Positions 9,464 through 18,941 of a DNA stretch of 64,000 nt are shown here, piece after piece. Below the pieces are notes generated by a model, which had not been told where the DNA came from, did not search any database, and saw only the letters and a program-made list of their open reading frames with translations. Source of the stretch: a virus; IMG/VR virus record IMGVR_UViG_3300025381_000007. One strand, written 5' to 3'. Both the position numbers and the translations under genes were made by a program. The first letter of the stretch is position 1, and the number at the start of each line of letters is the position of its first letter.

Positions 9464-10572
9464 TTTAGCTGACTCTCAATTAATCTTGCTAGGGCATCGG
9501 CCTTATCTTCAACCCAGTTCTCGCCTATGTTTTGTCCACGCCAGTTAGGTTGTGCTGTATAGTTTGCTTCACCGCTATAGCCAGGTTTGTTGACGGCATA
9601 ACTTCCCCCGTCTGGAGTTTCCTTTACACCTTGTTCGGCCCTGCGGCGGAACAACTCTTTAGATATATTTTGTGCTATATTTGTTTTATCCTGTGATTTA
9701 CTTAGATTTTGTAATACTTGGATCAATACTTTTGTTGGATATTTGGTGTAATCTGCTTGATTGATATTTTCTCCAACATTTTGATCAGTCTTTTTAGGTT
9801 CTTCTTTTTTAGGAATACTGCTGGGAGTTCTTTTTAAACTAGCATCACTCTTGGCACGTTGTTGATCCCATGCCTTGCTCAATTTAGCAGCAGCACTCAT
9901 ACGGGCTTCTGCTACTTTGCCTTTTTTAGTAGGAGTCATGGCCTTCATACGTTGTTCGGCCTTGTTCATTAAGTCTCGTACTTCATCATCACTGAGTTCG
10001 GGATTCATAGCATTACGCCAAACCGCAAACTTTTCTTCTTCACTCTTGGCAGGATCCATTAATACGGCTCGCATAGGTGTAGCACGTGGTCCTTCTTGAT
10101 CACGGCTCGGATCCTTGGTTTCTTGACGACTTATGACGTTTAATGTGTTGAAATTAAAGGGAATATTGCCAGATTTGTTAGGTTTTCCGTTGTAATTTTT
10201 AACATAGCTTAATGCCTTAACTTGATCAGCACCTACCACAACGGTGGCAGCTGTATAACCCATTTCATTTAATTTGGCTAGTACCCGAGTTAAGTCTGGC
10301 ATTTCTTCTGTAGCAGTTTGGAAAATATGTCCGCTTTGTGGAAATACTTTTTTGTAGATAGCTAGTTTTTCTTTAGGGTTGATAGGATCATCTTTACCCA
10401 CCGTACGACTAACAACAAAGTATGGATCTGCTCCCAACTCTTTGGCCTGTGTAATAACACTGCTGGCCAAGAACATGTGTCCCTTGTGTCCCATACCACG
10501 ACCCCAACCGACCACCGCAGCCTTACCTTGACCAGTTCTTGATAGATCTTCAAAAATATTTCTTAATAACAT
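9460..10572 (-). CDS. HxGH cytidylyltransferase-like nucleotidyltransferase with modular C-terminal tail
   Basis: GRGMGHKGH and VVGADQ motifs; start reassigned to MLLRNIFE. Confidence 0.75.
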   Translation of the reverse strand: MLLRNIFEDLSRTGQGKAAVVGWGRGMGHKGHMFLASSVITQAKELGADPYFVVSRTVGKDDPINPKEKLAIYKKVFPQSGHIFQTATEEMPDLTRVLAKLNEMGYTAATVVVGADQVKALSYVKNYNGKPNKSGNIPFNFNTLNVISRQETKDPSRDQEGPRATPMRAVLMDPAKSEEEKFAVWRNAMNPELSDDEVRDLMNKAEQRMKAMTPTKKGKVAEARMSAAAKLSKAWDQQRAKSDASLKRTPSSIPKKEEPKKTDQNVGENINQADYTKYPTKVLIQVLQNLSKSQDKTNIAQNISKELFRRRAEQGVKETPDGGSYAVNKPGYSGEANYTAQPNWRGQNIGENWVEDKADALARLIESQLK

Positions 10573-10573
10573 A

Positions 10574-11713
10574 TTAGTCTTTCCTCGGTGCCCAGTTGGC
10601 TTGGTCAATGGCTTTGACAAATTGACCTGGTAAATCATTTTTAAATTGTGTACCGGGGTGTGCTTGTACATAACCTTCAGGTTTAGTTTGACGAATTCCA
10701 CCATGTGTGCCTGCACTGATTAGTTGTATTAGTTTGAGTTTTTCATGGCTAATCATTTCTACAGCATGTAATACAATATCTAGTCCAGGATCATTTAATA
10801 CCTTACCTGCTTGTCCCGCAGATAAGTTAGCCTGTGCCCATTGAGCAAACTTTTGTTTAACGCCGGGAATACGAAGATTTTGATTATAGAACTTGTACAA
10901 TATATCACCAGGTTTACTTAGTCCTGGTTTGGGTGCTAGAAACCCATCGATAGCCTGTGCATTTTTTGTAATGTATTGTTCGACTTTACTAACACCTGCA
11001 GGATCTAGTGTAGGAGCCTTTTCAACATATGTAGTACCTTGAACAATAATGTCTGGTGTACTTAATGCTTCTGCATTGGGATAACGGCTTTCTTCACTGC
11101 TGCCTAATGTTTCATACCAACCTGTGGCAGCAACCATGACTTTGGCGATTTTAATACGTTGTCCTAATTTGCTACCTACCGGAATATGAAATTCAGTGAT
11201 GTTGGGTTTGAAATCGTATTCTTGACTTTGTGGATTTAATCTAGGTGGTTGATCAGGACTGAATAAAATACCGCCTTCAATGTATCCACGTTCTGGACTT
11301 GCGGCTTCAAAGTATCTCCACAAGTTGGCCATACCGCTGGCAAAATGTTCACGTTGACGTTCTTTACCAGGTTCGACTCGACCTGTGCCTAAAATAAATG
11401 CCTTGATATCTTCGGGACTATACATTACGGTTTTTACACCGTTGTCTAATTCGGTCTTACCACGTTTTAAATATTCCCAAGCATTTTTAGGTATCATACT
11501 AAACCGGCCTTGCTCGTCCTTGCCCCAATATACAACAGGACTGCCATCCCATTTTAATTCAATGCCGTGTCCTTCCTTAGTCATGCTTTGTAGACGTTCG
11601 ATGGCATGTAGGCCACCTTGACTACCGTTAGTAAACACTAGGTCTTCGATATGTTGATATTTACGACCTACAGTAGGTGCTGCTGCTTCTGTTAATAGTT
11701 CGCGGATCTTCAT
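10574..11713 (-). CDS. Ligase-like nucleotidyltransferase (DUF6267-like, by recall)
   Basis: QHIEDL, KWDGSP (KxDG motif I), PEGYV and C-terminal VKAIDQ; MKIRELLTE leader. Confidence 0.65.
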   Translation of the reverse strand: MKIRELLTEAAAPTVGRKYQHIEDLVFTNGSQGGLHAIERLQSMTKEGHGIELKWDGSPVVYWGKDEQGRFSMIPKNAWEYLKRGKTELDNGVKTVMYSPEDIKAFILGTGRVEPGKERQREHFASGMANLWRYFEAASPERGYIEGGILFSPDQPPRLNPQSQEYDFKPNITEFHIPVGSKLGQRIKIAKVMVAATGWYETLGSSEESRYPNAEALSTPDIIVQGTTYVEKAPTLDPAGVSKVEQYITKNAQAIDGFLAPKPGLSKPGDILYKFYNQNLRIPGVKQKFAQWAQANLSAGQAGKVLNDPGLDIVLHAVEMISHEKLKLIQLISAGTHGGIRQTKPEGYVQAHPGTQFKNDLPGQFVKAIDQANWAPRKD

Positions 11714-12441
11714 AGTATGTGGTCCATTAAAAATCTAAACCATTCACGACTACCTTCTTGTAGACTAACATCAGGTGCATACTTGTCTCTGATTGCTGTG
11801 TATTTTTCTGGATAAGGTTTAAGAGCATTTAGTATGGCATGTACTGAACTCATATCTTGAGCAGTGGCATTTGGACCAATAATGCGTTTGGCAATTTCGT
11901 CTTTGTTATTAGTGATTAGTTCTTTAGTAGCACGATTTACTAGACCTTTATATGGACTTATCATCATGCTTAGTTCAGGTGTGCTGCTTAGATTAGCAAG
12001 GTCGGCCCAGATAGCGTGTAATGTGCCGCCCTTCATTTTAGGATCTTGACTATAGTCGTGTGTATGTAACGGTTGTGCAGCCTTAGCATTTTCCACAGCC
12101 ATGATATCTACTTGTACTAACTTATCAGTATTACCGATTGGTATACCTACATGGATACTAACTCCAGTACGGGCAGCAAACAGTCCTTTGTTTTTAAAAT
12201 ACTGTTCTAATGCCTGACGACTTAGTTTAAGTTCTTTTGCAGGAAACGCCTTCATTAATTCTGCGGCGTCTACCAATACATCGATATCACTACTAACTTC
12301 TTTCTTACCTGCAGACCCTATTGGATATAAGTTTATTCCTGGTGGTAGGGCTTTTTCCAGATTAGCCATGACTAGTGGAAAATTTTGTTTTGTTAGTTCA
12401 ACAGCACTAGGAACTACATTGCCACCTTCGTTTAAATTCAT
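11710..12441 (-). CDS. Pol-beta superfamily nucleotidyltransferase
   Basis: GSAGKKEVSSDIDVLVD (GS..DxD) and third Asp in QVDIM; start MNLNEGG. Confidence 0.75.
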   Translation of the reverse strand: MNLNEGGNVVPSAVELTKQNFPLVMANLEKALPPGINLYPIGSAGKKEVSSDIDVLVDAAELMKAFPAKELKLSRQALEQYFKNKGLFAARTGVSIHVGIPIGNTDKLVQVDIMAVENAKAAQPLHTHDYSQDPKMKGGTLHAIWADLANLSSTPELSMMISPYKGLVNRATKELITNNKDEIAKRIIGPNATAQDMSSVHAILNALKPYPEKYTAIRDKYAPDVSLQEGSREWFRFLMDHIL

Positions 12442-12442
12442 C

Positions 12443-12817
12443 TTATACTCCAATTTGATATTTGCCGTGAACAATATCTTCTCGATAGTGATCGAATAAT
12501 CGTTCACACATGTCTTTCATTAATTCTTTGCTAAAATGATCCTTAAAACGACCAGGCATTTTATTACTTTCAAAAAACTCACGGCATCCTTTTGCAACCA
12601 TTGGCTCAAATGCTTTAACCATATCTTCTTTATCTAGAGAACCGCCTTTGTGTGATTTATGAATCTTTACTGCTAATGGATGAAAATAATCTTTATGAAG
12701 GCGGTCGTGGTCTATAATGTACCAGAATAGGTCATTCCCGATACCTTGATCATCGCGTTCTTTACGCATTTCTTTAGCGATGTCTTTGGCTTTTCCGAAG
12801 AATTCTTTTAATAACAT
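12443..12817 (-). CDS. Hypothetical protein, putative internal head protein
   Basis: MLLKEFF leader; ATAAATA upstream near 12870. Confidence 0.65.
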   Translation of the reverse strand: MLLKEFFGKAKDIAKEMRKERDDQGIGNDLFWYIIDHDRLHKDYFHPLAVKIHKSHKGGSLDKEDMVKAFEPMVAKGCREFFESNKMPGRFKDHFSKELMKDMCERLFDHYREDIVHGKYQIGV

Positions 12818-12897
12818 ACTGATTCCTTATCAATCACAGTTAGACACTGAGATAGTAATACTATCGAGTATTTATTACAAATTAAACAAATAGGAAA

Positions 12898-13293
12898 TTA
12901 GTGATTGTAGAGAACAGATTGTACTTGACCGTCGTTGATCATAACAGTACTGCGAACCCACACAAAGTTACCGTAAAAGTTATAAACATCTACAGTACTG
13001 GTATTGCGATCCATGATTTGTGTATAGGTGCTGGTAGTACCTACAACATTAAACCAGTCAGTTTCAGATGGGTTTGTGGCTAAAGAAGCCTGCATGGTAA
13101 CAGTGCCTACAAAAGATGGACTACAGGTATACATTACTGTATGTAGTCCATCTCCGCTACTAAAATATCCATCGCCCTTTGCAGGATTACTTACATAGAC
13201 AAGTGTGCTAGTACCGCTGTTAGGGTACTGTACTGCTACACTGGCAGTTCCGAGGTAGTTGATAAATTCAAGGGCTTGGCTAAGTGCTGACAT
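12898..13293 (-). CDS. Hypothetical beta-rich protein, possibly structural
   Basis: S/T/V/Y-rich composition. Confidence 0.55.
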   Translation of the reverse strand: MSALSQALEFINYLGTASVAVQYPNSGTSTLVYVSNPAKGDGYFSSGDGLHTVMYTCSPSFVGTVTMQASLATNPSETDWFNVVGTTSTYTQIMDRNTSTVDVYNFYGNFVWVRSTVMINDGQVQSVLYNH

Positions 13294-13997
13294 GTGTTAT
13301 CCTGATCTAGATTAATATTTATACTAGATCTTGGGATATGTTCTTCAACTTTCTTAACATCTTGTCCCATGAACAAGCCGATCATAGCCAGCGTACCTGA
13401 GTCTTCTACATAGATATAGGGGCTTTGATACCACCCCTTGACAAACCAATGAACAGTGCCTCTGGGAATCTTAACCTTTGAGCTATAGTTATGGATCCAA
13501 GATTCAAATCGTGCCTTGGTATCTGCTTTACAACTAGGACTAAAATATACCTTGTACTTGTATTTGTTAAAGGGTATTTTATTACACAATACTTTTTTAT
13601 GTCCGTTATCGTTCAAATAGTCTAATTCAGCCGCACTTTCTGGCTCATGTAATTCTACAATGTATTGGTCTAATTCCTTTACCAACTCGTTGTAAAGATC
13701 AGTATCCTTGCAATAGATATTAAAGAAATCACCTTCTACTCGAATTTGTAGATCTTGGTCCAGGAACGGTTCTACACTTCGTGTAAAGTTTAGTAGCCGC
13801 GCCTTTTCTTCGGCGCCAATGGATCTAAAATCCCAGTAGTTGGACATACCCGGTCTGGCTCGATTTAGGCAATAATTCACAACCTCGTCGATGCCGAGCC
13901 GTTTAACCATCCAAAAGTTCTTGCCCCAACATTCAATCTTGTAGGGCCATTTCTTATAGAATAGTTTAGATGTTTTCAGTGTTCGATGTTTCGCCAT
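13236..13997 (-). CDS. Hypothetical protein
   Basis: 253-aa ORF downstream of clpA. Confidence 0.65.
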   Translation of the reverse strand: MAKHRTLKTSKLFYKKWPYKIECWGKNFWMVKRLGIDEVVNYCLNRARPGMSNYWDFRSIGAEEKARLLNFTRSVEPFLDQDLQIRVEGDFFNIYCKDTDLYNELVKELDQYIVELHEPESAAELDYLNDNGHKKVLCNKIPFNKYKYKVYFSPSCKADTKARFESWIHNYSSKVKIPRGTVHWFVKGWYQSPYIYVEDSGTLAMIGLFMGQDVKKVEEHIPRSSININLDQDNTCQHLAKPLNLSTTSELPV

Positions 13998-16245
13998 CTG
14001 TGACCTTTTCTACTGGTAAAATATCTACTACTTCAAGTTTAAGTTTGTTGTCAACAATCGTAAGATCAACAACACCACCATTGGTTAACTTACCAAACAA
14101 GATTTCCTTACTCAACGGGCGTTTGACTTGATCGTCAATAACACGTTGTAATGGGCGAGCACCCATCTTACTATCAAATCCATTAGACACCAAATACTCC
14201 AATGCTTCAATAGTGGGTTTGACAACAATATGTTTGTCCTTGACCAACAAGTTGAGTTCGTTAATAAACTTCTTAACAATCATGATCATAGTTGCATGAT
14301 CTAACTTGCCAAACTTGATAATGCCATCCAACCGATTACGGAATTCAGGTGCAAAGAACTTGTTAACAGCATCCTTGGGATCGCCGTCACGTTCTAAACT
14401 ACCAAAACCTACTGAATTCTTTTCAGCATCGGCGGCACCTAGATTAGATGTCATAATAATAATGGTTTGACGACCATCAGCCTTCTTACCATTGCTGCCT
14501 GTGATAAAGCCATTATCCATCAACTGTAGCAACACAGTGAGTACACTGGGGTGGGCCTTTTCAACTTCATCCAACAACAGTACACAGTTTGGATTCTCTT
14601 GTAGTTGCGTAATCAACTGACCAGCATTGTCATCAAATCCGACATAGCCCGGAGGAGCGCCAATGAATTTGGCTACACTATGTTGTTCCTGATATTCGCT
14701 CATATCAAAACGAACAAGTTTAACACCCAAGTTGCTGGCAAGTTGTTTAGCGGCTTCAGTTTTACCAACACCAGTTGGACCAACAAACAAGAAACTACCC
14801 ACTGGTTTGTTTAAAGACTTCAATCCAGATTGTGCAATAAACACTTTATCTAGCAATACTTCAATGGCTCGTTCTTGACCATAGACTTTGGCTTTCATAT
14901 TCTTTTCTAAGTTGACTAGATTATTGCTTTCTTTGTTACTAAGTTGTTCCAAAGGAAGGTTAGTAATCTTAGCGACTTCGAATAGAATCTCGTCATGGTC
15001 AACAATACCGCCTTCTTGATCCTTGACTTTAAAGCGAGCACTAGCACAGTCAAGCAAATCGATAGCCTTGTCTGGCAACTTACGATCGTTGATATATTTG
15101 GCACTATATTTTACAGCATCGATAATTGCTTGATTTGTGATCTTAACACCGTGATGTTTTTCGTAATACTTTTTGAGACCTTTGAGAATTTTAACAGCCA
15201 CTGCTTCGGTTGGCTCGTCTACAGTGACACGTTGGAATCGACGCATTAGAGCACGATCCTTTTCAAAGTGTTTACGATATTCTTCCCATGTAGTACTAGC
15301 AATAACTTTAATCTTGCCTTTGCCCAATGCACTCTTAAGCATATTGGCCATATCGTTGGCGCCACCACTGCCGCCAGCACCTGCACCATTCATCATATGA
15401 GCTTCATCGATGAACAAGATACAGTTGCCACGTTTTTCGATTCCGCTAATAACACCCTTCAGGCGTTCTTCAAAATCACCACGATACTTACTACCGGCAA
15501 GCATGGCACTAATATCTAAACTTAATACAGTATGATCTTTGATAAACTTTGGAACTTTACCTTCAAAAATCTTACGAGCAAGGCCTTCTGCAATAGCAGT
15601 TTTACCCACACCTGGATCGCCGATGAGAATAGCATTGGCTTTATTACGACGAGCGAGTACCAATGTGATTTCTTCGATTTCTTTTTCTCGACCAATAACT
15701 GGATCAATAGTTTTGGCCTTGGCTTTTGCACTTAGATCTGTACAGAACTGTGCAATCATCCTTTCTATTTGCGGATTTGATTTAGAACGAACTTCCTCTT
15801 CATCGATATCCCTAATAGCATCTTTGTTTAAGAAAGCAATAAACTTGTCTTTATCGATTTCTGCTTTATTGATAAAATATGATGCATGGCTTTTCTTTTC
15901 GCTGAATAGACTAATAAAGCAATCCACATGATCGATGGTATCGCGGCCACTAAACACCACTTGCGTAAATGCACGATTAAGCATTTGCTCTACCTTAGAA
16001 GTTTTCTTTGGTTTAGCAATATTAGGATTTACAATATCGAGTAAATCTTTGTCAATAAAGTTTTCAACATCTTTTTTGAGTTGATCTGTGTCGGCTCCAA
16101 AATCTTTTAGAATTTTTACAAAAGGTTCATTGTTTAATAGTCCGCACAAAAAATGCTCTAGTGTAATATATTCGTGATTATGACTAGATGCATTTTGTAC
16201 AGCATGTTCAAAAATCTTTTCTAAATCTTTACTTGGTTCCAACAT
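13966..16245 (-). CDS. clpA: ClpA-type AAA+ chaperone
   Basis: Clp N-domain; Walker A motifs GDPGVGKT and GPTGVGKT; GARPL; no ClpB middle domain. Confidence 0.93.
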   Translation of the reverse strand: MLEPSKDLEKIFEHAVQNASSHNHEYITLEHFLCGLLNNEPFVKILKDFGADTDQLKKDVENFIDKDLLDIVNPNIAKPKKTSKVEQMLNRAFTQVVFSGRDTIDHVDCFISLFSEKKSHASYFINKAEIDKDKFIAFLNKDAIRDIDEEEVRSKSNPQIERMIAQFCTDLSAKAKAKTIDPVIGREKEIEEITLVLARRNKANAILIGDPGVGKTAIAEGLARKIFEGKVPKFIKDHTVLSLDISAMLAGSKYRGDFEERLKGVISGIEKRGNCILFIDEAHMMNGAGAGGSGGANDMANMLKSALGKGKIKVIASTTWEEYRKHFEKDRALMRRFQRVTVDEPTEAVAVKILKGLKKYYEKHHGVKITNQAIIDAVKYSAKYINDRKLPDKAIDLLDCASARFKVKDQEGGIVDHDEILFEVAKITNLPLEQLSNKESNNLVNLEKNMKAKVYGQERAIEVLLDKVFIAQSGLKSLNKPVGSFLFVGPTGVGKTEAAKQLASNLGVKLVRFDMSEYQEQHSVAKFIGAPPGYVGFDDNAGQLITQLQENPNCVLLLDEVEKAHPSVLTVLLQLMDNGFITGSNGKKADGRQTIIIMTSNLGAADAEKNSVGFGSLERDGDPKDAVNKFFAPEFRNRLDGIIKFGKLDHATMIMIVKKFINELNLLVKDKHIVVKPTIEALEYLVSNGFDSKMGARPLQRVIDDQVKRPLSKEILFGKLTNGGVVDLTIVDNKLKLEVVDILPVEKVTDGETSNTENI

Positions 16246-16769
16246 TATTTAAATTTCCTGTTTAATCTTACAATCTTTGTTTTCTTTGGTTTAGACTTTT
16301 TAACAGCCATTTCCCATTTCAATGAACTTACTCTGTCTTTGAATACAATACCTTCTAAATGATCCAACTCATGTAAAAAGCATTTGCAGTTATACCCGTC
16401 AAATTCTGATTCTTGCCATTCTCCCTTTGAGTTTTGCCATCTTGCTAATATCTTCTTAGGACGCTTAATGTTAACATAAATCCCAGGAAAACTCAAGCAT
16501 CCTTCTTCGAGATCATCGGTTTCGTCAGTCCATTTAACAATAACTGGATTGAAAAATGCCTGTGCTAGTTCTGGACTGGCCTTGTATCCCATAACGAATA
16601 CACGCATATCTAACCCAACTTGGGTAGCAGCCAAGCCGATCCCGTCATTGGCCAGCATTGTTTCGATTAAATCCTTTTCTAACTGTATAGGATCAGTGAT
16701 TGGATTTTCAAAATCAAACTCTTTTACAACTGTTCTTAGGCTATTGTGTGGAAATTTTAATATTTGCAT
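16245..16769 (-). CDS. def: Peptide deformylase
   Basis: GIGLAATQ, EGCLS and HELDH motifs. Confidence 0.95.
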   Translation of the reverse strand: MQILKFPHNSLRTVVKEFDFENPITDPIQLEKDLIETMLANDGIGLAATQVGLDMRVFVMGYKASPELAQAFFNPVIVKWTDETDDLEEGCLSFPGIYVNIKRPKKILARWQNSKGEWQESEFDGYNCKCFLHELDHLEGIVFKDRVSSLKWEMAVKKSKPKKTKIVRLNRKFK

Positions 16770-16776
16770 ATGGTAT

Positions 16777-17616
16777 TTAAAATGTTATTTGTTTTAGAAT
16801 ATCTTTTTGTACTTGATTGAGTGCAGGAATAATAATGTTTACTGATATTAACATGCGTCCTTTGAATCTATTATCATTTACCTTAGGCATACCGTAGCCA
16901 GCTGCCGATAACATCTGTCCATGCTGTGTTCCCGGGTTTACAGTTAGTTCTAAAGTACGTTTATCAATAGTTTCTACTAGGTATTTTTTACCTAACATAG
17001 CATCGATGCAGTTAACATCAAGTTGGGTTACTAAATCATCGCCTTGTCTAATAAACTTAGAATGTGGTTGAACAGCAACAGTAAGATGTATATCACCCCT
17101 AGGAACACCTTGTATGCGATCATCGCCCATTCCGGATAATCGTAATGTCATACCATCGTTAATACCTGCTGGGATTTTAACTTCTAATACCTGATCACGA
17201 CCGCTAGGCAATGTTAGGTTAGCAATCATATCTTTGCCACTAAATGCTTCTTCTAATGTAATAGTAGTTTGTATGTTTAGTGTTTGATTGCGTGGTTGCT
17301 GTGGCCTTCCTTGTCCAAAACCAAATCCAAACGGGCTACCGCCGCCACCAAACATACTATTGATAATGTCTTCAAACCCCGGAGGAACTCCGCCGCCAAA
17401 ATGGCCACCTCCCCCAAACTGGGGTCTAGGGTTATCGTATTCTGCCCTGGATTCGGGATTACTTAAAATACGATATGCTTCTTCAACTTCTTGGAACTTA
17501 CGAGTATCGCCACCTTTATCAGGGTGCCAGGCACTTGCTTGTTTCCTATAGGCCTTTTTGATTTCTTCAGGTGTGGCCGATTTAGAAACACCTAATATTT
17601 CATAATAATTATTCAT
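16777..17616 (-). CDS. dnaJ: DnaJ-class co-chaperone (J-domain, G/F region, C-terminal domain, no Zn finger)
   Basis: YYEILGV...HPDK; G/F-rich linker; start MNNYYE. Confidence 0.9.
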   Translation of the reverse strand: MNNYYEILGVSKSATPEEIKKAYRKQASAWHPDKGGDTRKFQEVEEAYRILSNPESRAEYDNPRPQFGGGGHFGGGVPPGFEDIINSMFGGGGSPFGFGFGQGRPQQPRNQTLNIQTTITLEEAFSGKDMIANLTLPSGRDQVLEVKIPAGINDGMTLRLSGMGDDRIQGVPRGDIHLTVAVQPHSKFIRQGDDLVTQLDVNCIDAMLGKKYLVETIDKRTLELTVNPGTQHGQMLSAAGYGMPKVNDNRFKGRMLISVNIIIPALNQVQKDILKQITF

Positions 17617-17708
17617 TTTTGTTTTTGCAATTGCCTCCGTGCCATCTTTGATAATTGCCAAGGACCTGCGTTTTTATCTACGCCTAATGTTTGATAATGA
17701 TCTGCCAT
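17610..17708 (-). pseudogene. Relic dnaJ 5' end fused to a homing-endonuclease 3' remnant
   Basis: MADHYQTLGVDKNAGP in one frame, then GNYQRWHGGNCKNKNE* in another. Confidence 0.65.
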
Positions 17709-17713
17709 AATAG

Positions 17714-17745
17714 AAAAAAGGTATAGTAAATTATACTATACCTTT
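17714..17745 (-). terminator. Hairpin plus T-run overlapping the -10 box
   Basis: Minus strand AAAGGTATAGTA-TAATT-TACTATACCTTT followed by TTT. Confidence 0.5.
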
Positions 17746-17758
17746 AGAGTTAAGTCAA
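17730..17758 (-). promoter_or_regulatory. Sigma70-like promoter for dnaJ-def-clpA
   Basis: TTGACT-17nt-TATAAT. Confidence 0.7.
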
Positions 17759-17764
17759 CTAAAA

Positions 17765-17968
17765 TTATTTCTTATCTGGTACTACTTCTGCACCTTCTAA
17801 TTTCTTATGAACTTTGATTTTTTTACAATCTTGAACAGCCTTGCCATCTTTCATAACTGGCTTACCTGCTTTGTCTAGTTTGTCATGACAAACTTCTTTT
17901 ACTTCTGCTTCGGCAAATGCCATGCCAACGAATGCTGTTGCTAATAATGCGATTAATAGTTTTTTCAT
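17765..17968 (-). CDS. Small secreted protein
   Basis: Signal peptide MKKLLIALLATAFVGMAFA; two Cys. Confidence 0.7.
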   Translation of the reverse strand: MKKLLIALLATAFVGMAFAEAEVKEVCHDKLDKAGKPVMKDGKAVQDCKKIKVHKKLEGAEVVPDKK

Positions 17969-17979
17969 TTTTATTTCCT

Positions 17980-18612
17980 TTAAATGACTGGATCTACTTG
18001 TGGTGCAGGAGCCGGTTTGCCCCCAAACCCTGTTACTACTTCTGCTGTTGTTGCAACTGGAGTTGTTCCCCAACTTGGGGTTGTCTCGACTGATGCTGTT
18101 GAAGGTGTGCTTCCAAACCCGCCTGGAGTAGGTACTGCGGCGGCTGCGCCGAATCCTCCTGGCGTAGGTGTGCCAAATGCTGGTGCGCCAAACGCTGGTG
18201 GGGTGACTGTTGAGCCGACATTTCCAAATCCTCCTAATGGTTGTGAACCAAACGAGTTAGTAACTGCTGGCGCACTTGGTGGTGGGCTTACTGGCGCTGT
18301 TGGACGATCCCAACCTTTGTTTGCCGCATCCAATGCTGCTTTTTGAGCATCTTTGTCTCCATTTGACAACATAATACCTGACAATGTGCCTGTTAAGAAT
18401 GTAGCAATAGGAATAATCAGTTCAAAGAACTTTTGGTCAATTGGACTAATAGCATTAAGTGGTTGTGTTACAAATATCAAAGAATATAACACAACGAACA
18501 CAATACCAGTTAATGTCAATGCTAGGCAAATACCGATAAAGAATTTCAAACGAGCCATCAACTGCTCTTCGGTATATAAAATAGGTTGATGTTGTTGGTT
18601 ATTATTTTCCAC
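17980..18612 (-). CDS. Two-TM membrane protein with Pro/Gly-rich tail (holin candidate)
   Basis: GTG start with AAGGAG SD; two TM helices; FG-rich tail; in lysis block. Confidence 0.6.
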   Translation of the reverse strand: MENNNQQHQPILYTEEQLMARLKFFIGICLALTLTGIVFVVLYSLIFVTQPLNAISPIDQKFFELIIPIATFLTGTLSGIMLSNGDKDAQKAALDAANKGWDRPTAPVSPPPSAPAVTNSFGSQPLGGFGNVGSTVTPPAFGAPAFGTPTPGGFGAAAAVPTPGGFGSTPSTASVETTPSWGTTPVATTAEVVTGFGGKPAPAPQVDPVI

Positions 18613-18919
18613 AATTCGCTCCTTGGGCTGTTGCTGGGGTTGAACAACACGGCGTCGGCGCGACGGAAGCCAACGGTTTAATATCTGCTTTAGTTGGGTC
18701 ATCTTTTGGTGGTCCTAATCTCGGGTCTCTTTGACCTTTAAAAATATGTTCGGGGCAGGTTCTTGTAACATCACAAGTAGGAAACTTGCATAGTTCCTTG
18801 TCCCAGTTTAGTGGATCTTGGCAAGGATAGCGGAATCTATCCCCGCTACACATAGCCATGAGTACTGGTATTGCGATTACTACCGCCGCCCATCTCATTA
18901 ATTTATGATCATTCATCAT
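18602..18919 (-). CDS. Cys-rich exported protein or lipoprotein
   Basis: Hydrophobic N-terminus then C-SGDRFRYPCQDP. Confidence 0.65.
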   Translation of the reverse strand: MMNDHKLMRWAAVVIAIPVLMAMCSGDRFRYPCQDPLNWDKELCKFPTCDVTRTCPEHIFKGQRDPRLGPPKDDPTKADIKPLASVAPTPCCSTPATAQGANCGK

Positions 18920-18941
18920 TGTGTTTTGCTCCTTTTGGCAT

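Noticed and set aside
17714-17745. CIRCE heat-shock operator before dnaJ
   Set aside because: The inverted repeat does not match TTAGCACTC-N9-GAGTGCTAA and looks more like a terminator.
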